In this document: piece by piece, positions 12,671-25,329 of the stretch | Layout: every line of letters starts with the position of its first letter | Position numbering within the stretch: the first letter of the stretch is position 1 | Assembly (NCBI RefSeq): GCF_018977255.1 | Contig: NW_024704743.1 | Coordinates: 44,022,001 to 44,086,000 of the forward strand | From: Callorhinchus milii | Taxonomy: Eukaryota | DNA: 64,000 nt | Reading direction: 5' to 3' | Made by a program: the position numbers and the translations under genes | Notes under the pieces: generated by a model | The model's database searches: none | What the model saw: only the letters and a program-made list of their open reading frames with translations | What the model was told of the DNA's origin: nothing

Positions 12671-13053
12671 AATAATAATATTCCTTGCATTTGATACAGC
12701 ACCTTATCACGTCTTCTAGACGTTTCAAAGCGCTTCACAGAATATAAAGTGAATTGATTGTTTTGTGGGCGAAAAGCAGCAGCCAATTACGCACAGCAGT
12801 GTCCCACAAACAATCATGGATGGAGTGACCAAATTATTATTATTTATTTTTAATTATTATTATTTGAAGGGGGATTATTACCCTCAGAAAAGTGATACGT
12901 CAATCGACTAACAAACAGGTTTCTACTTACTGCTAGGTAAACAGAGGCATGTGGAGTAAGGAAACACGCCCAACATTTCGCCCTGCTAGGAATTGAACCC
13001 AGATCCTCTCGCTCGCGAGGCTTGTGCTCTAACCACCAAGGTACAGGACTCCA
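12671..13053 (-). mobile_element. tRNA-derived SINE, long form
   Basis: Reverse complement of head 'tggagtcctgta', central 'cctctgtttacctagcagtaagtag' and (ATT)n tail. Confidence 0.9.
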
Positions 13054-13829
13054 GGCTTATTTTGCAGTAAGTGGAACCGAGCAAGTTGTTCAGGAGCTTT
13101 GGCAGACAGATCAAAGCACAAACCTACATTTCCATAAAAGAACCATCACTGCAAACGTTTTTTTTAATCTGTCGAGGGAATTTTCACCGCCTGCATCACT
13201 GCAAAACAAGCCATATGTTCCTAACTCTCATCCCTCATTGCCTTGGTGATGTTTGCCGTATTAGTAACAACAATTTCTCCAATGACATCTTCTTGGAATA
13301 AATCCATTCAAAGAACATTACTTCTATTGTGTGCTAAATTTATAGAGCAGAATAAAAGGACTTCTAGCAAGTCAATATACCATGGAAGTTACCGCAGAGG
13401 TTTGACACCAGATGTTCCCTGATCTTAATCAGCATGACAAACTCACTAAGAATTACATGACCAAGATCTAAATTGCAGCCATATGTAACATGATTCCCTA
13501 ATAATAATAGTAACCCTGAGTCGCAGATGGCGACTCCTTCCAGTCACTAAATGTATGTTTTGCTGATCCATGGGAACTCCACTCCAGAAATAGTGCATGT
13601 TGGAACAGAGTTCCTGTGTGATATACATCCAGTGACCAGAATCGGCCCCCACTTGTGACTTGCAGCTTTCTATTCCATCAAGAATCATTATAATTTGAAA
13701 CTTCCCAGTTTTTGAAACATTGATGGTAAAAGTTGGGGTTCCTTAATTTAACACAGGAATCAATTTAATCCAGCTAATTGTAATGATAAAAATGAACTAG
13801 GAATATGATATTAACATTTCTGGCTCGCA

Positions 13830-14065
13830 CTGCTCACAGCCCACTACTCTACCCACTGTCTTCACTCAGTATGCTTCAGGTCTTCTGCACGTCCCTCATC
13901 CCCATCTCCATAATTGCAGCTGTGCCTTCAGCAACTATGCCCTGAATCTCTGGAACTCTTTGCCTCAATCCTTCATCCTTGCCCCTCTTTGCCCAACTTC
14001 AAATCACACCTGAAGTCTTTCCTCTCCAACTATACCTTCAGTCATCTCCCCTTCCTCTCCTGCTA
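13830..14065 (+). mobile_element. Old L2 3' fragment
   Basis: 'tgccttcagcaactatgccctgaatctctggaactctttgcc' (AFS..A..LWNSLP) and 'ttcaaatcacacctgaag'. Confidence 0.7.
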
Positions 14066-15039
14066 ACCGAATGGAGCTGTATAAAATTTTAAATGGGACA
14101 GAAAAAGTTAAACCAGAAACAAATCTTTAGGACGTACCAAAACAGTACCAAAAGTGTTGCAAAAGACGATTTCAGCATACTGGGAACTAGTAATTGCACA
14201 ATAACATTTATCAAATAAAGTTTACTGTCTCCAGAGTTAATATGATTTGGAAGAATTATGGATTGTCATTTTAATAAAAGTTGAGAAAAACAATGTTCTT
14301 GAAAAATTGTTTGATAAGATAGAAAATGTTAAATTAGAATTCAACGGAATCAAATGTGCTATAAAATGCATCACAGCTGGGAAATATTGCTATGAACAGC
14401 AGCTTGCCTGAGAATGTCTGAATAAAAGAAACAACATGAATCAAGCTTGTATAGCACATTTGGATGCACACATAGTACTGTAGAGTGCATTTTCTAGTGG
14501 GATGAGATCAGATGGCTGAAGCGGCATATTTAACTGAATTAATCTTGATCTTGTGACTTGCTCAAGACACTTGCTAATTTGATTTAGCCACTGTTGTCTA
14601 ACAACAAATAGTTTCTAACAGATAATGCACAGACAATTAGAGAGAGAAACACAAATAATAGAATTACTCTCGGACCAGTGGTGCAGTTGTACAGCTGTGG
14701 AGTGCTGTGAAGTAGTCGGTTGCAGAATTCTGTCCATGTTTACTCATGTCAAATTTAGCAGGATGATGGACAAGTGGTGGCTCCACAGGAAGGGAATTAA
14801 GACCTTATGTAATAACTTGAAATTATTCACAACACATTTTTCAAATGCAGACATCTGTGAGGCAGGTTATGACTTCTAACCTCTTTGATTTGTGAAGATC
14901 ATGTTTTTTAACCAAATAAAACAACAACAACACGATTACATTTGTATAGAGCCTTTCACATCGGGAGGACATCCCAAAGCATTTAAAGTAGAGCTGCAAT
15001 TCCTCTAACCAGCAATCAAAAGCTATAATCCATAAATCA

Positions 15040-15395
15040 AACATTTGTTTTACGTCTGAATTTATCCAACTCCTTTCTCCCTCATGATTGCAACATTTCC
15101 TCTTAAATGCTTTGATTCTTTTTGCGACAGTGAGTTTCACATTCTCATTGCCCTCTTGGTAAAAAAAAACTGCCCCCAAAACTCCCTTTTAGATCTGCTG
15201 TTAGCTCTCTTATATTTTTGCCCTATAAATTTGGATTCATCCACAAGTGGAAACAACTTATTAACGTCCAGCTTTCATAACCTTCAACATGTTTTGCCTG
15301 ACCAAGGTTTTATATAATTAAACATTACTTCCCTATTTTTATACACTTTGTCTGTACATAAAGCCAAGGTTTCTATTTGCATTCCTATAGCCTTG
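15040..15395 (-). mobile_element. Old CR1 fragments
   Basis: Reverse of the 'FF.QR..N.WN.L' region and of the 'REVMFNLYKTLVR'-like region. Confidence 0.6.
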
Positions 15396-15553
15396 TCCCT
15401 CTCAGCAGAGCAGAGAGCCCAGAGTGAGCTCCGTCCGGAGTGAGGCGAGGCCAGAATGAGAAGGAATTGGGTGAGAGTGGGAATTAGGTGCAGAAGGGGA
15501 AGTATATCTTCTAAACGACAATAATACAGGGATAAATAGAGTGAGAGGAGAGA

Positions 15554-16503
15554 ATGGCATGGCAGGTGATGTGTGAGGAATGTGGTATGTGGGAGTTGAT
15601 GGAGGGCAACCTGAGTCCAGGCGACTTCACCTGCAGCAAATGTCTGCAACTGAGGAAGCTCCAGCTTAGAATAGCTGAGCTGGAGTCTCAGGTGGAGACA
15701 CTGCGCAGCATTAGAGATGGGGAGAGCTTCCTGGACAGTTTCATCCTGGAGCCAGACACTCCCCCGAGTCCCAGGGAACATTCCGTTGCCAGCCACGGAC
15801 ATGACTGGGTGACGGTCAAACAGGCGGGTAAGGGGACCCGAAAGAGAGGGGCAGAGGAATCCCAGACTTAACTTTGTCCAACAGGTATGAAATACTTGCA
15901 ACCTGTGTGGACAAGGAAGTCTGTGAGGAAGATGGGCAAACTTACCCCAACCCCTCTATACAGGAGGCCACACTGGGAATAGTCAGAAGGAATATAGTGG
16001 TAATTGGGAATGAGACAGTGAGGAAGACTGACGTACTTTTCTGCAGCCGTTGCAGGGAAACAAGAAGACTCTGTTGCCTTCCTGGGGCCAGGGTGAAGGA
16101 CGTCACTTCTGGGCTGGAGAAAAATTTGAAGCAGGAGGGAGTGGATCCATTAGTTATGATTCACATAGGGACCAATGGTGTAGGTAGGACAGGTAGGGAC
16201 AGGTTGAGGAGCAAGTTCCGGGAATTGGGAGTTAAGCTAAAGAGTAGAACTTCGAAGGTATTAATATCGGGATTATTACCTGAGCCAGGGGCAAATTGGT
16301 ACAGGCAAAAAAAAATTAAAGAACTGAATACCTGGCTAAAAGAATGGTATGGAGCGCAGGGGTTTTGCTTTATAGGCCACTGGCACCAGTACTGGGAGAG
16401 ACAGGAGCTATTCCAAAGGAATGGACTCCACCTAAACAGGGCTGGGACAAATATCCTGGCAACACGAATAAATAGGGAGGTAGACAGGGCTTTAAACTAC
16501 TAA
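15554..16503 (+). pseudogene. CR1 ORF1: Cys zinc finger + leucine zipper + SGNH esterase-like domain; one frameshift near 15870
   Basis: CEEC...CSKC, LQLRIAELESQVETL, VVIGNE (GDS block), CLPGARVKDV, IHIGTN, GLHLNRAG, ends RALNY*. Confidence 0.9.
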
Positions 16504-16655
16504 GGGGGGGGGGTAAATTCAATCACATGTAATCCGTCACAATTAAAATTAGGACCGATGAAAGTGGGAGAGCAGATGAGCAAAGTGTGTCAAGCGGGGA
16601 AAGGAAGCCCAGGGATAGGGTACTGGTGAGTAGGACTAATAACCCAAAGTCATAA

Positions 16656-19600
16656 TTAAAGGTGCTATATCTGAATGCGCGAAGCATTTGAAACAAGATA
16701 GATGAGTTAAATGGACAAATAGAAACAAACAGGTATGATCTGGTAGCCATCACCAAGACATGGTTACAGGGAGATCAAGGGTGGGAACTAAATATTCCAG
16801 GGTATGTGGCGTATAGAAAAGATAAGCAATGTGGTAAACAAGGAGGGGGCGTGGCCCTGCTAATAAAGGATGGAATAAAAACAGTAGAGAGGAAAGATTT
16901 TAAATCAGAAAAGCAGGAAGTAAAGTCAGTATGGGTAGAGATATGTAACAACAAGGGGCAGAAAACTCTAGTGGGAGTAGTTTATAGACCCCCAAACAGC
17001 AGTCACAGTATCTCTCAAGGTATAAATCAGGAAATTAGCAGAACATGTAATAAAGGAAAAACATTAATTGTGGGTGATTTTAATCTGCACGTAGATTGGG
17101 TCAACCAAATTGGGAAAAGTATGATAGAGGAAGAGTTTATAGAATGTATTAGGGATAATTATCTAAATCAGTATGCCGAGGAGCCAACCAGGGAACAGGC
17201 CATATTAGACCTTGTTTTGTGCAATGAAGCAGGGCTGATCAGCAAACTGGAAATTAAGGATCCTCTAGGGCAAAGTGATCATAATATGATGGAATTTAGC
17301 ATTAAATTAGAGAGAGAAGTAAAGTCCGAAGCAAAAGTTTTAAATTTAAGTAGAGCCAATTTTGCTGGTATGAGAGAGGATTTAGCCAAAATAAACTGGG
17401 AAATTAGACTTAAGGATTTGACAGTAGACCAGCAATGGCAGACGTTTAAGAAGATAGTGCAAAATTCCCAGCGAGCACGTATTCCTTTGAGGAATAAGAA
17501 TGCCACGGGAAAGGTGACGCAACCGTGGCTAACTAGAGCAGTTAGGGAAAATATAAAGTTAAAGGAAGAAGCCTATAAAACAGCTAAGATGAGTAGTAAA
17601 CCTGAGGATTGGGAGAATTTTAGGGATCAACAAAGGAGAACCAAAAAAGTGATTAAGAGGGAGAAAATGGAATATGAGGGCAAACTAGCGAAGAACATAA
17701 AGACAGACTACAAGAGTTTTTATAAATATATAAAGAGGAAGAGGCTGTCGAAGGTAAATGTGGGTCCGCTACAGGCAGAGACGGGGGGAATTATAGCAGG
17801 GGACAAAGACATGGCAGAGTCACTAAACAAGTACTTTGCTACTGTCTTCACCTTAGAAGACACTGAAAACCTACCAAGAATAGAGGGGAACCAAGAAGAC
17901 GATGTTAGCGAGCAACTTGGGGGATTAATATTAGTAAAGAAATGGTTTTAGGTAAATTGTCAGGTCTTAAAACTGATAAATCTCCTGGATCTGATGGCCT
18001 ACATCCTAGGGTTTTAAAAGAGGTGGCTACTGAAATAGTGGATGGCTTGTCTTTGATCTTCCAAAATTCTCTGGATTCTGGAACGGTTCCCATTGATTGG
18101 AAGATTGCAAACGTAACACCACTATTTAAGAAGGGTGGGAGAGAAAAGATGGGGAACTATGGACCAGTTAGTCTGACATCAGTGGTAGGGAAAATTCTTG
18201 AGTCCTTAATTAAAGATGTTGTTATGGGATTCTTTTAGTTTTTTGAAGATGTATCTCGCAGGTTAGAGAGGGGGGAACCAGTAGATGTAGCATATTTAGA
18301 TTTTAAAAAAGCATTTGACAAAGTGTCACACAAAAGGCTATTGCACAAGGTTAAGGCCCACGGGATTAATGGGAACATATTAGCATGGATTGAAGAGTGG
18401 CTAACAGGTAGAAAATAGAGAGTAGGGATAAACGGGTCATTCTCAAATTGGTAGGATGTGGCTAGTGGAGTGCCACAAGGATCAGTGCTTGGGCCTCAGC
18501 TATTTACAATTTACATCAATGATCTAGACGAGGACATTGAATGTAACGTATCTAAATTCGCGGATGACACTAAACTAGGTGGGAGAGTAAGCTCTGAGGA
18601 TGATGCAAAAAGATTGCAACGGGATATAGATAGGCTAGGGGAGTGGGCGAGTGGATGGCAGATGGAATTTAATGTGGGGAAGTGTGAAGTTATTCACCTA
18701 GGTAGAAAAAATAGAAAAACAGATTATTTTCTAGAGGGGGAGAGATTAGATAGTGTTAGTGTTCAGAGGGATTTGGGTGTCCTTGTACACCAGTCTCAAA
18801 AAAGGACTTGTGGAGTCCTGTAGCTCAGTAGTTAGAGCACTCGCTTTGCAAGCGAGAGTCCTGAGTTCAATTCCAGGCAGAGGGCGAAACCTTGGGCAAG
18901 TTTCCTTACTCCACACTCCTAATAATAATCCCTCCAAAACCAAAAACAATAATAAATTGGTCATTTTCAATCTACGACTGTTTGTGGGACATTGCTGTGC
19001 GCAATTGGCTGCCGCATTCGCCCACAAATATACAGTCAATTCACTTTACAGTGTGTTCTGTGAGGCACTTTGGGACGTCCTCCCGACGTGAAAAGCTTTA
19101 TATCAAATGCAAGGATTATTATTATTATTATTATTAAAAAGTTAGTTTGCAGGTGCAGCAAGCAACTAAGAAGGCGAACGGCATATTTGCGTTTATTGCA
19201 AAAAGTTTAGAGTACTAGAGTAGGGACGTCTTGCTGCAACTGTATAGGGCCTTGGTAAGACCGCACCTAGAGTATTGTGTGCAGTTTCGGTCTCCTTATT
19301 TAAAAAAGGACATACTTGCCCTAGAGGGGGTGCAGCATCGATTCACTAGGTTAGTTCCTGGGATGAGGGGACTGACCTATGAGGATAGGCTGAATAAACT
19401 AGGGTTATATTCTCTTGAGTACAGAAGAATTAGGGGAGATCTTATTGAAACATATAAGATTTTTAAAGGGCTGGATAACGTAGACACTGAGGGTCTGTTT
19501 CCCCTGGTTGGAGAATCTATAACCAGGGGTCACAGTCTTAAAATTAATGGTCAGCCTTTTAGAACAGAGTTGAGGAAACATTTCTTCACTCAGAGGGTAG

Positions 19601-19728
19601 TGAATGTATGGAATTCACTACCCCAGAAGGCTGTAGATGCTCAGTCCTTGAACATCTTCAAGGCTGAGACTGATAGATTTTTTAAAAATAGAGGGATTAG
19701 GGGATATGGGGATAGGGCAGGTAATTAG
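16656..19728 (+). pseudogene. CR1 ORF2 (APE endonuclease + reverse transcriptase), disrupted
   Basis: ORF-track pieces 16806-17951, 17942-18238, 18458-18823, 19231-19728; TGA at 16689 consistent with CpG decay of CGA. Confidence 0.93.
18810..19136 (+). mobile_element. tRNA-Ala-derived SINE, short young form, inserted in CR1 ORF2
   Basis: Nearly identical to 37776-38104; CR1 'cagtctcaaaaa|gttagt' resumes after the (ATT)n tail. Confidence 0.95.
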
Positions 19729-19849
19729 AGTTGGGTCTGAAGATCAGCCATGATCTTATCGAATGGCGGGGCACAGGCTCGAGGGACCGAATGGCCTACT
19801 CCTGCTCCTAGTTCTTATGTTCTTATGTTCTCTCTGCTGTTATAGAGCA

Positions 19850-21025
19850 CATTGTGTCTGTGCTGGATCTTTAAAAAGAGCTATTCAATTCAATTCCATT
19901 TCACCGCTCTCTCCCCATAGCACTGCAAACTTGTCCTCCCCAAATAATTATCTATTTCTCTCTTAAAAGTGTTATGACATCGGCTTCCACCACCCTTCCA
20001 GACAATGCATTCCAGATCTGAACAATTCGCTGTGTGAAAAAATTTCTCCTCGCCTCGCCTCTGTTTCTTTTAACAACTATATTAAATTGGTGCCCTCAGG
20101 TTACCAACCCACCCACCAGTGGAAATAGTTTCTCCTTGTTCATCCTATTAAATCCCTCATAATTTTGAAAACTTCTATTAAGTCTCCTCTTAACATTCTC
20201 TGCTCCAATGAGAATAATCCCAGCTTCTCTAGCCTCTCCTGATAACAAGTCCCTCATTCCTGGTGCCATCCTGGTAAATCTCCTTTGCACCCTCTCCAAT
20301 GCCTTGACATCCTTCCTAACGTGTGGTGCCCAGATCTGAACACAGTACTCTAGCTGAGGCCTAACCAATGTTTTATAAAGGTTTATCATAACTTCCTGAC
20401 TTTTGTACTCTATGCCCCTGTGTATAAAGCCTAGTATCCCGTATGCTTTTTTAACAGTTTTATCTAACTGTCCTGCTACCTTCATAGATTTACTTATATA
20501 AACCCAAAGATCTCTCTGTTCCTTCACCCCCTTTACCATTGTACCATCAGCTTATATTGCCCCTCCTTATTCTTCCTCCCAAAATGCATCACCCTTGCAT
20601 TTCTCCACATTAAACTTCAACTGCCACGTGTCTTCCCATTTTACCAGTAGTCTATGTCCATTTGCAGATTGCTACTATCCTCTTCCCTTTTTACTACTTT
20701 TCCTAGCTTAGTATCATCTGCAAACTTGGAAATTGTACTCCCTATATCCAAGTCCAGGTCATTTATATAGATCAAAATCAGTATTGGTCCCTATACTGCC
20801 TCCTGGAGGACACCACTGCACCCTTGCCTCCAGTCAGAAAAACAACCGTTCACCACCACTCCCTGCTTTCTGTCTCCCAGCCTGTATCCATGCTGCCACT
20901 GTCCCTTTAATACTGTGGGCTTCTACTTTGCTTACAAGTCGCTTATGTGGTACTTTATGAAAAATCCATATAAATGACATCAACTGCACTAGCTTCATTC
21001 ACCCTCTCCATTACTTCATCAAAAA
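19850..21025 (-). mobile_element. CR1 lineage B, 3' part
   Basis: ORF 20096-20539 (LYKTLVRPQLEYCVQ); reverse complement closely matches 38880-39750. Confidence 0.92.
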
Positions 21026-21299
21026 AAAATCAAAACCAATATGTCAAATGGCTTATTTCCGAAAGATTAAGTGTTGCTCATTTAACAATGGTTTCTGGTT
21101 TAGTAAATGATAAAATCGCTCATCAAAAAGAAACCCAGGAAAATAAGCTAATATTTAATAGTATTTTATATTAAGGTAAACAGACCAAATCACATTCAGG
21201 ATTAAAGACACATTCAAGATTATCACTCCAGAGTGAGGTTAAGGGACATATTTAATGGACTGTACTCTTGTTTTAACAAAAGAACCATGCAACATTTTG

Positions 21300-21447
21300 C
21301 ATCAAAGTATTGGTTGTTTGTGGGATATTGCTGTGTGCGAAATTGTGTACAGTAAAAACCCTGTGAAATGCTTTGAGACGTTTCGATGACATAATAAAAG
21401 GCTACATAAAATGCAAGGATCAAAGGCAAATGCAAGGATTATTATTC
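21300..21447 (+). mobile_element. SINE 3' fragment
   Basis: 'tgtttgtgggatattgctgtgtgcgaaatt...gctttgagacg...aaatgcaaggattatt'. Confidence 0.7.
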
Positions 21448-22680
21448 ATCCTGACAACAATAACATTTACTTGGACATTTCTGGGCACATTTGCAATATT
21501 TTTCTCCTGGCTAGGCACACTTCATTTAAAGCGTGCACAAATGACCTTGTGAACCGGTTGCTATGAGGCCATTTAGTGCTTCACATTGCTTTTCCCTGAC
21601 TGCTTACTTAGATGTTATGACTGCAATTTTGAAATAGTATATTACAGCAGCATGGGACCGCTCAGCGGAAAATTCGGACCTATCTCATTGTGGTAATTGG
21701 CTGAAGTTACCACTTAATTTCTTTCATAATGGGTCTAACAATCAACCTGAGGAAAGCCCCCACCCCCTCATTCATGTACGTTTCAAGCCACAAATCAAAG
21801 GCTATTTATAAAATTACTGAAAAATAGTTTTTCCTTACTGAAAAAAGTGAAATGATGCATTAATGATGCAGTAATCCCTTAGATTGATAGAAATGTAGTT
21901 TATGTAGCTTCAGGAAAACCTATTTAGCTTAGCCATTCTAGTGACAGTAACACACTGAAAAGCAGTATAAGGTCAATATAAATTTAAGCTTCCCTTGACC
22001 TTGGGTCTATCTTTATATGCTCAGTGCAATTTTTTTACATTGCTGACAGCTGACATTTGTGCTGATTCTCATTCAAAAAAATACATTTATTGCAGCTGAA
22101 ACTCTATCAGCTATAATGTGCCATTTTGAAATTACCTTGGCACACATCACTTGCACTGTATCGCTGTTTAAGGCTTGCACTGTCAGGAGTTCATATTTAT
22201 ATGCATCTAAATGTAATATAAATTTCAAATTTGTGAATGATTTTCAAATAGAGAGATTACATCTACAGTTTGGTGAGTTGGTAGTAAAAGGACATAAATG
22301 AAGGATTATCTCCAGGAGAAAAAGGGGGAATTTTAGAAGATTTTAGGGGTGAAGATTGCAAAGTATGATGTGTTAATCAACACATTGTTAGAAAAAGAGA
22401 TCAATTAAATATTGTTAACTATTCAATAGCTTTTCGATATCTACTATGCAATGCCTATTTTTAAATCGGGTGATAGAGCTAATCAAGGACAGGATAGTCA
22501 TCTTAACATCAGTTATGGGCAAGGTATAGGAATCTAAATATGTGTGTGTGCGTATGGTGTGTGGACACGTATATGGATGTATAGGATGGAAGCAGTGAGT
22601 AATGGCTTCTGATATACTGGTGCTCTCAACTCTCCTCTCCTAATCCTATTACAGTACTATCAGCAATGGTTTATTCATCT

Positions 22681-22935
22681 ATAATAATAATCCTTGCATT
22701 TGATATAGCGCTTTTCACGTCGGGAGGACGTCCCAAAGCGCTTCACAGAATATACTGTAAAGTGAATTGACTGTATATTTGTGGGCGAACGCGGCAGCCA
22801 ATTGCGCACAGCAATGTCCCACAAACAGTCGTGGATTGAAAATTACCAATTTATTATTGTTTTGGGTTTTGGAGGGATTATTATTAGGCTCTATGTGGAG
22901 TAAGGAAACTTGCCCAAGGTTCACTGCCTGGAATT
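22681..22935 (-). mobile_element. Short-form SINE, 5'-truncated, young tail
   Basis: Reverse complement of ~18870-19125. Confidence 0.92.
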
Positions 22936-22984
22936 TAAGGTTCACATATATCCCTTATAATAATTAAGTGTGACCTATGGACTA

Positions 22985-23033
22985 TCTATTCATGCCAAAC
23001 GTCAGTCTATTCATGCCAAACGTCAGTCTATTC
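22985..23033. repeat. Perfect 21-bp tandem duplication
   Basis: TCTATTCATGCCAAACGTCAG x2 plus TCTATTC. Confidence 0.95.
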
Positions 23034-23777
23034 TTAATATTTTTAAAGAGAACAGCATTGATTTACTTGAAAACATTATCTCTTGTGATGTTCAGTAATG
23101 CCACAGTAACACTGTTAGATGTCTTTGCATGAAGTTGGCTGACACTCTACTTGGCATCAATTTATCTGAATAATCAATCATAACAAAAGGAAAAGAAAGC
23201 TAGATACTACTTCAAGGAAATTAGTCATTTAATGGATTTGTTTTGTGCGTTATATAAGATGCTCAATGGGATAAAGTAAAGCTGGAACTGCTTCCTCGCT
23301 CAATGTATCAGTGAGGCCTCAAGGAGCTTCTCTCTCCTAGACTAGACTCTTGGAGTGACCCAAACACTTTTCAGGGACTAAATGCAGTTGAACACCAGAT
23401 GACAGTGAGCACAGCACGATATCATTCAATCTGACTTGGGAAACAGCACTTAATCAAACTCTATTATAAAACTTTAGTCAGGTCCATTTCATGATGGCTG
23501 ATCTTAGTGACACAGCCTGGGGAGCACTTCTCAAAGGATAAGTCAGTCAAGGGTAAATGGATATCCTTGAAAAACTATCTAGAGCATGCAGGCCAAATAT
23601 ATATGTGAAGAAGAGAAGGAGAAAATTAAACAAAATATTGTACAGGATCAACAGGAAAATTTAAAAATTAGGTTAAGGAAAAAAATAAAGGTTTCCAAAG
23701 CTGATAAAGCAACCCCAAGCTAAAGGGACTATACAAATGTAATTTGGTGTTATTGTTGATACATGGGGAAACCCATC

Positions 23778-23960
23778 AACAACAACAACAACTTGGATTT
23801 ATATAGTGCCCTCCACGCCAGACGGCGTCTCAGAGCGCTTCACAGTAATGGATCCCAGGGCCGAGCCAGGGGGAGGGGGAGGAAGGTGACCAAAGGCGCG
23901 GTCGAAAAGAAAGGTCTTCAGCAGAGACCTGAAAATAGGAAGAGAAGGAAGAGCATAACC
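23778..23960 (-). mobile_element. 3' end of a second L2 subfamily
   Basis: (AAC)n tail, [14 protein letters not shown]; same as 55457-55620. Confidence 0.88.
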
Positions 23961-24145
23961 ACGCTCAAGAGTATTCAAACCAGATTGAGAGTTCCATATA
24001 TTCAAGCCACCTAGGCAAAGAAACGTCCCCGTGTCTGAAATGGAATGGAGATTTTCCCCCTGGAAGGATGCATCCTACTTGCCTAATTATTAGATGCAAG
24101 GGGTCCACAAAGCCTGCGTTGGTGTACTGCTGGAGTTTAATCAAA

Positions 24146-24932
24146 AACAACAACTTGCATTTATATAAAATCTCTCATGCAGGTAGAGTCCCAGAGAGCT
24201 TGATAGCAGCTGAGCATGACACCGAACTGGGGGCAGGTGACTGGTGCCACGGTCGATGAGGAAGGTCTTCTGGCGCGACCTTAAGATGGGGAATTAAGGA
24301 ACAAGGCAAAGGGAGCAGACAGGTCGATATGGGGTTAGCAGGTCACAGTGGTAGAAAGGAGCAAGGCCATGGAGGACGAGGATTTTTAACTCAATCTTCT
24401 GGGGGATGGACCAATGGAGCCAGGCAAGGGTGGGGGTAATAGGGTCATGGAACCTCGTGCCGGAGAGGACAGGAGCCTCAGAGTTCTGGATGATCTGCAG
24501 CTTGTGGAGGCCAACGAGCAGCGAGTTGGCATAATCAAGCCTCGATGTAACAAATGCATGGATGAGGGTTTCGGCGGCCTCAGGGGAGAGGCAGTGGTGG
24601 AGCCGGGTGATGTTGCAGAGATGGGGGAAGGCAGAGTGGGTCACGGCAAAGATGTGGGATAGAAAGGACAGTTGAAAGATCAAGCAAGGCGCCAAGATTC
24701 CGGACTGACTCAGTGAGGTGGAATGTGCTTTCCTGGATGGCGATGCTGCCAGTGCCTGAGATGTGGAGGCACTGACTGGAGCCAATAAGGAGGACTTCGG
24801 TCTTTTTGACTTTACCTGGAGAATGTTAGCTCTCATCCAGGACTTGATGTCTGACAGACATTCCGTCAGGTCATTAGTGGTCTTGGAGTTCGACGGTGGA
24901 AGCAGAGATGGAGTTGGATGTTATTCGCATAC
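24146..24932 (-). mobile_element. L2 3' part (RT C-terminal region), decayed
   Basis: ORF 24294-24836: AETLIHAFVTSRLDYANSLL; (AAC) tail. Confidence 0.9.
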
Positions 24933-24944
24933 CGTATTCGATAG

Positions 24945-25130
24945 ACATCTGCTTTCAGTGTGGTGGGAGAACCTATATAGGACAGGCTTGTGACATGCCA
25001 AACACCTTGATGTACTTGAGGTCCAAGTCTAATGCAACAAACCAGGTTTACTCAGCAGCAATTGCTTAATCTAAGTTCTCATGTGAATGGCTTTGGCAAA
25101 TAGAATTGCCCACTGTGAAGTCAACTACAT
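24945..25130 (-). mobile_element. Internal fragment of the unclassified (I-group-like) element
   Basis: 'catctgctttcagtgtggtgggagaacc...caccttgatgt...gtttactcagca...ctcatgtgaa' aligns with 49131-49255. Confidence 0.75.
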
Positions 25131-25329
25131 CTCCAGAGTGCTCAGTGACAGGCCAGCAGCCCACCCCTCCATAACCCGCGTCCCCCACCCCCCCCACTTG
25201 AATACAGAAAATGGGCCACTATGACAAGTTAAAAACAAAGGAGGAACATATTTTCCATGAATGGGGCTGAATTTTCAAGTTTAAAGAGACCCAGGGATAT
25301 TAGTTGGCCTATCAATCATCGTATCCAAA

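Larger units (their letters stand above)
15400..19830 (+). mobile_element. Near-full-length CR1 LINE (lineage A), inactivated
   Basis: 5'UTR, ORF1, ORF2 with APE (YLNARS, GDFN, SDHN) and RT ([20 protein letters not shown]), 3' tail (TTCTTATG)n. Stops, an RT deletion near 18237 and a SINE insert at 18810-19136. Confidence 0.95.

Noticed and set aside
15284..15901. 205-aa minus-strand ORF
   Set aside because: Antisense shadow of the CR1 ORF1 and 5'UTR.
18810..18885. tRNA-Ala(TGC)-like cloverleaf (also at 12158, 37776, 44726)
   Set aside because: The acceptor stem does not pair and the sequence runs into a SINE body and tail; these are SINE heads, not tRNA genes.
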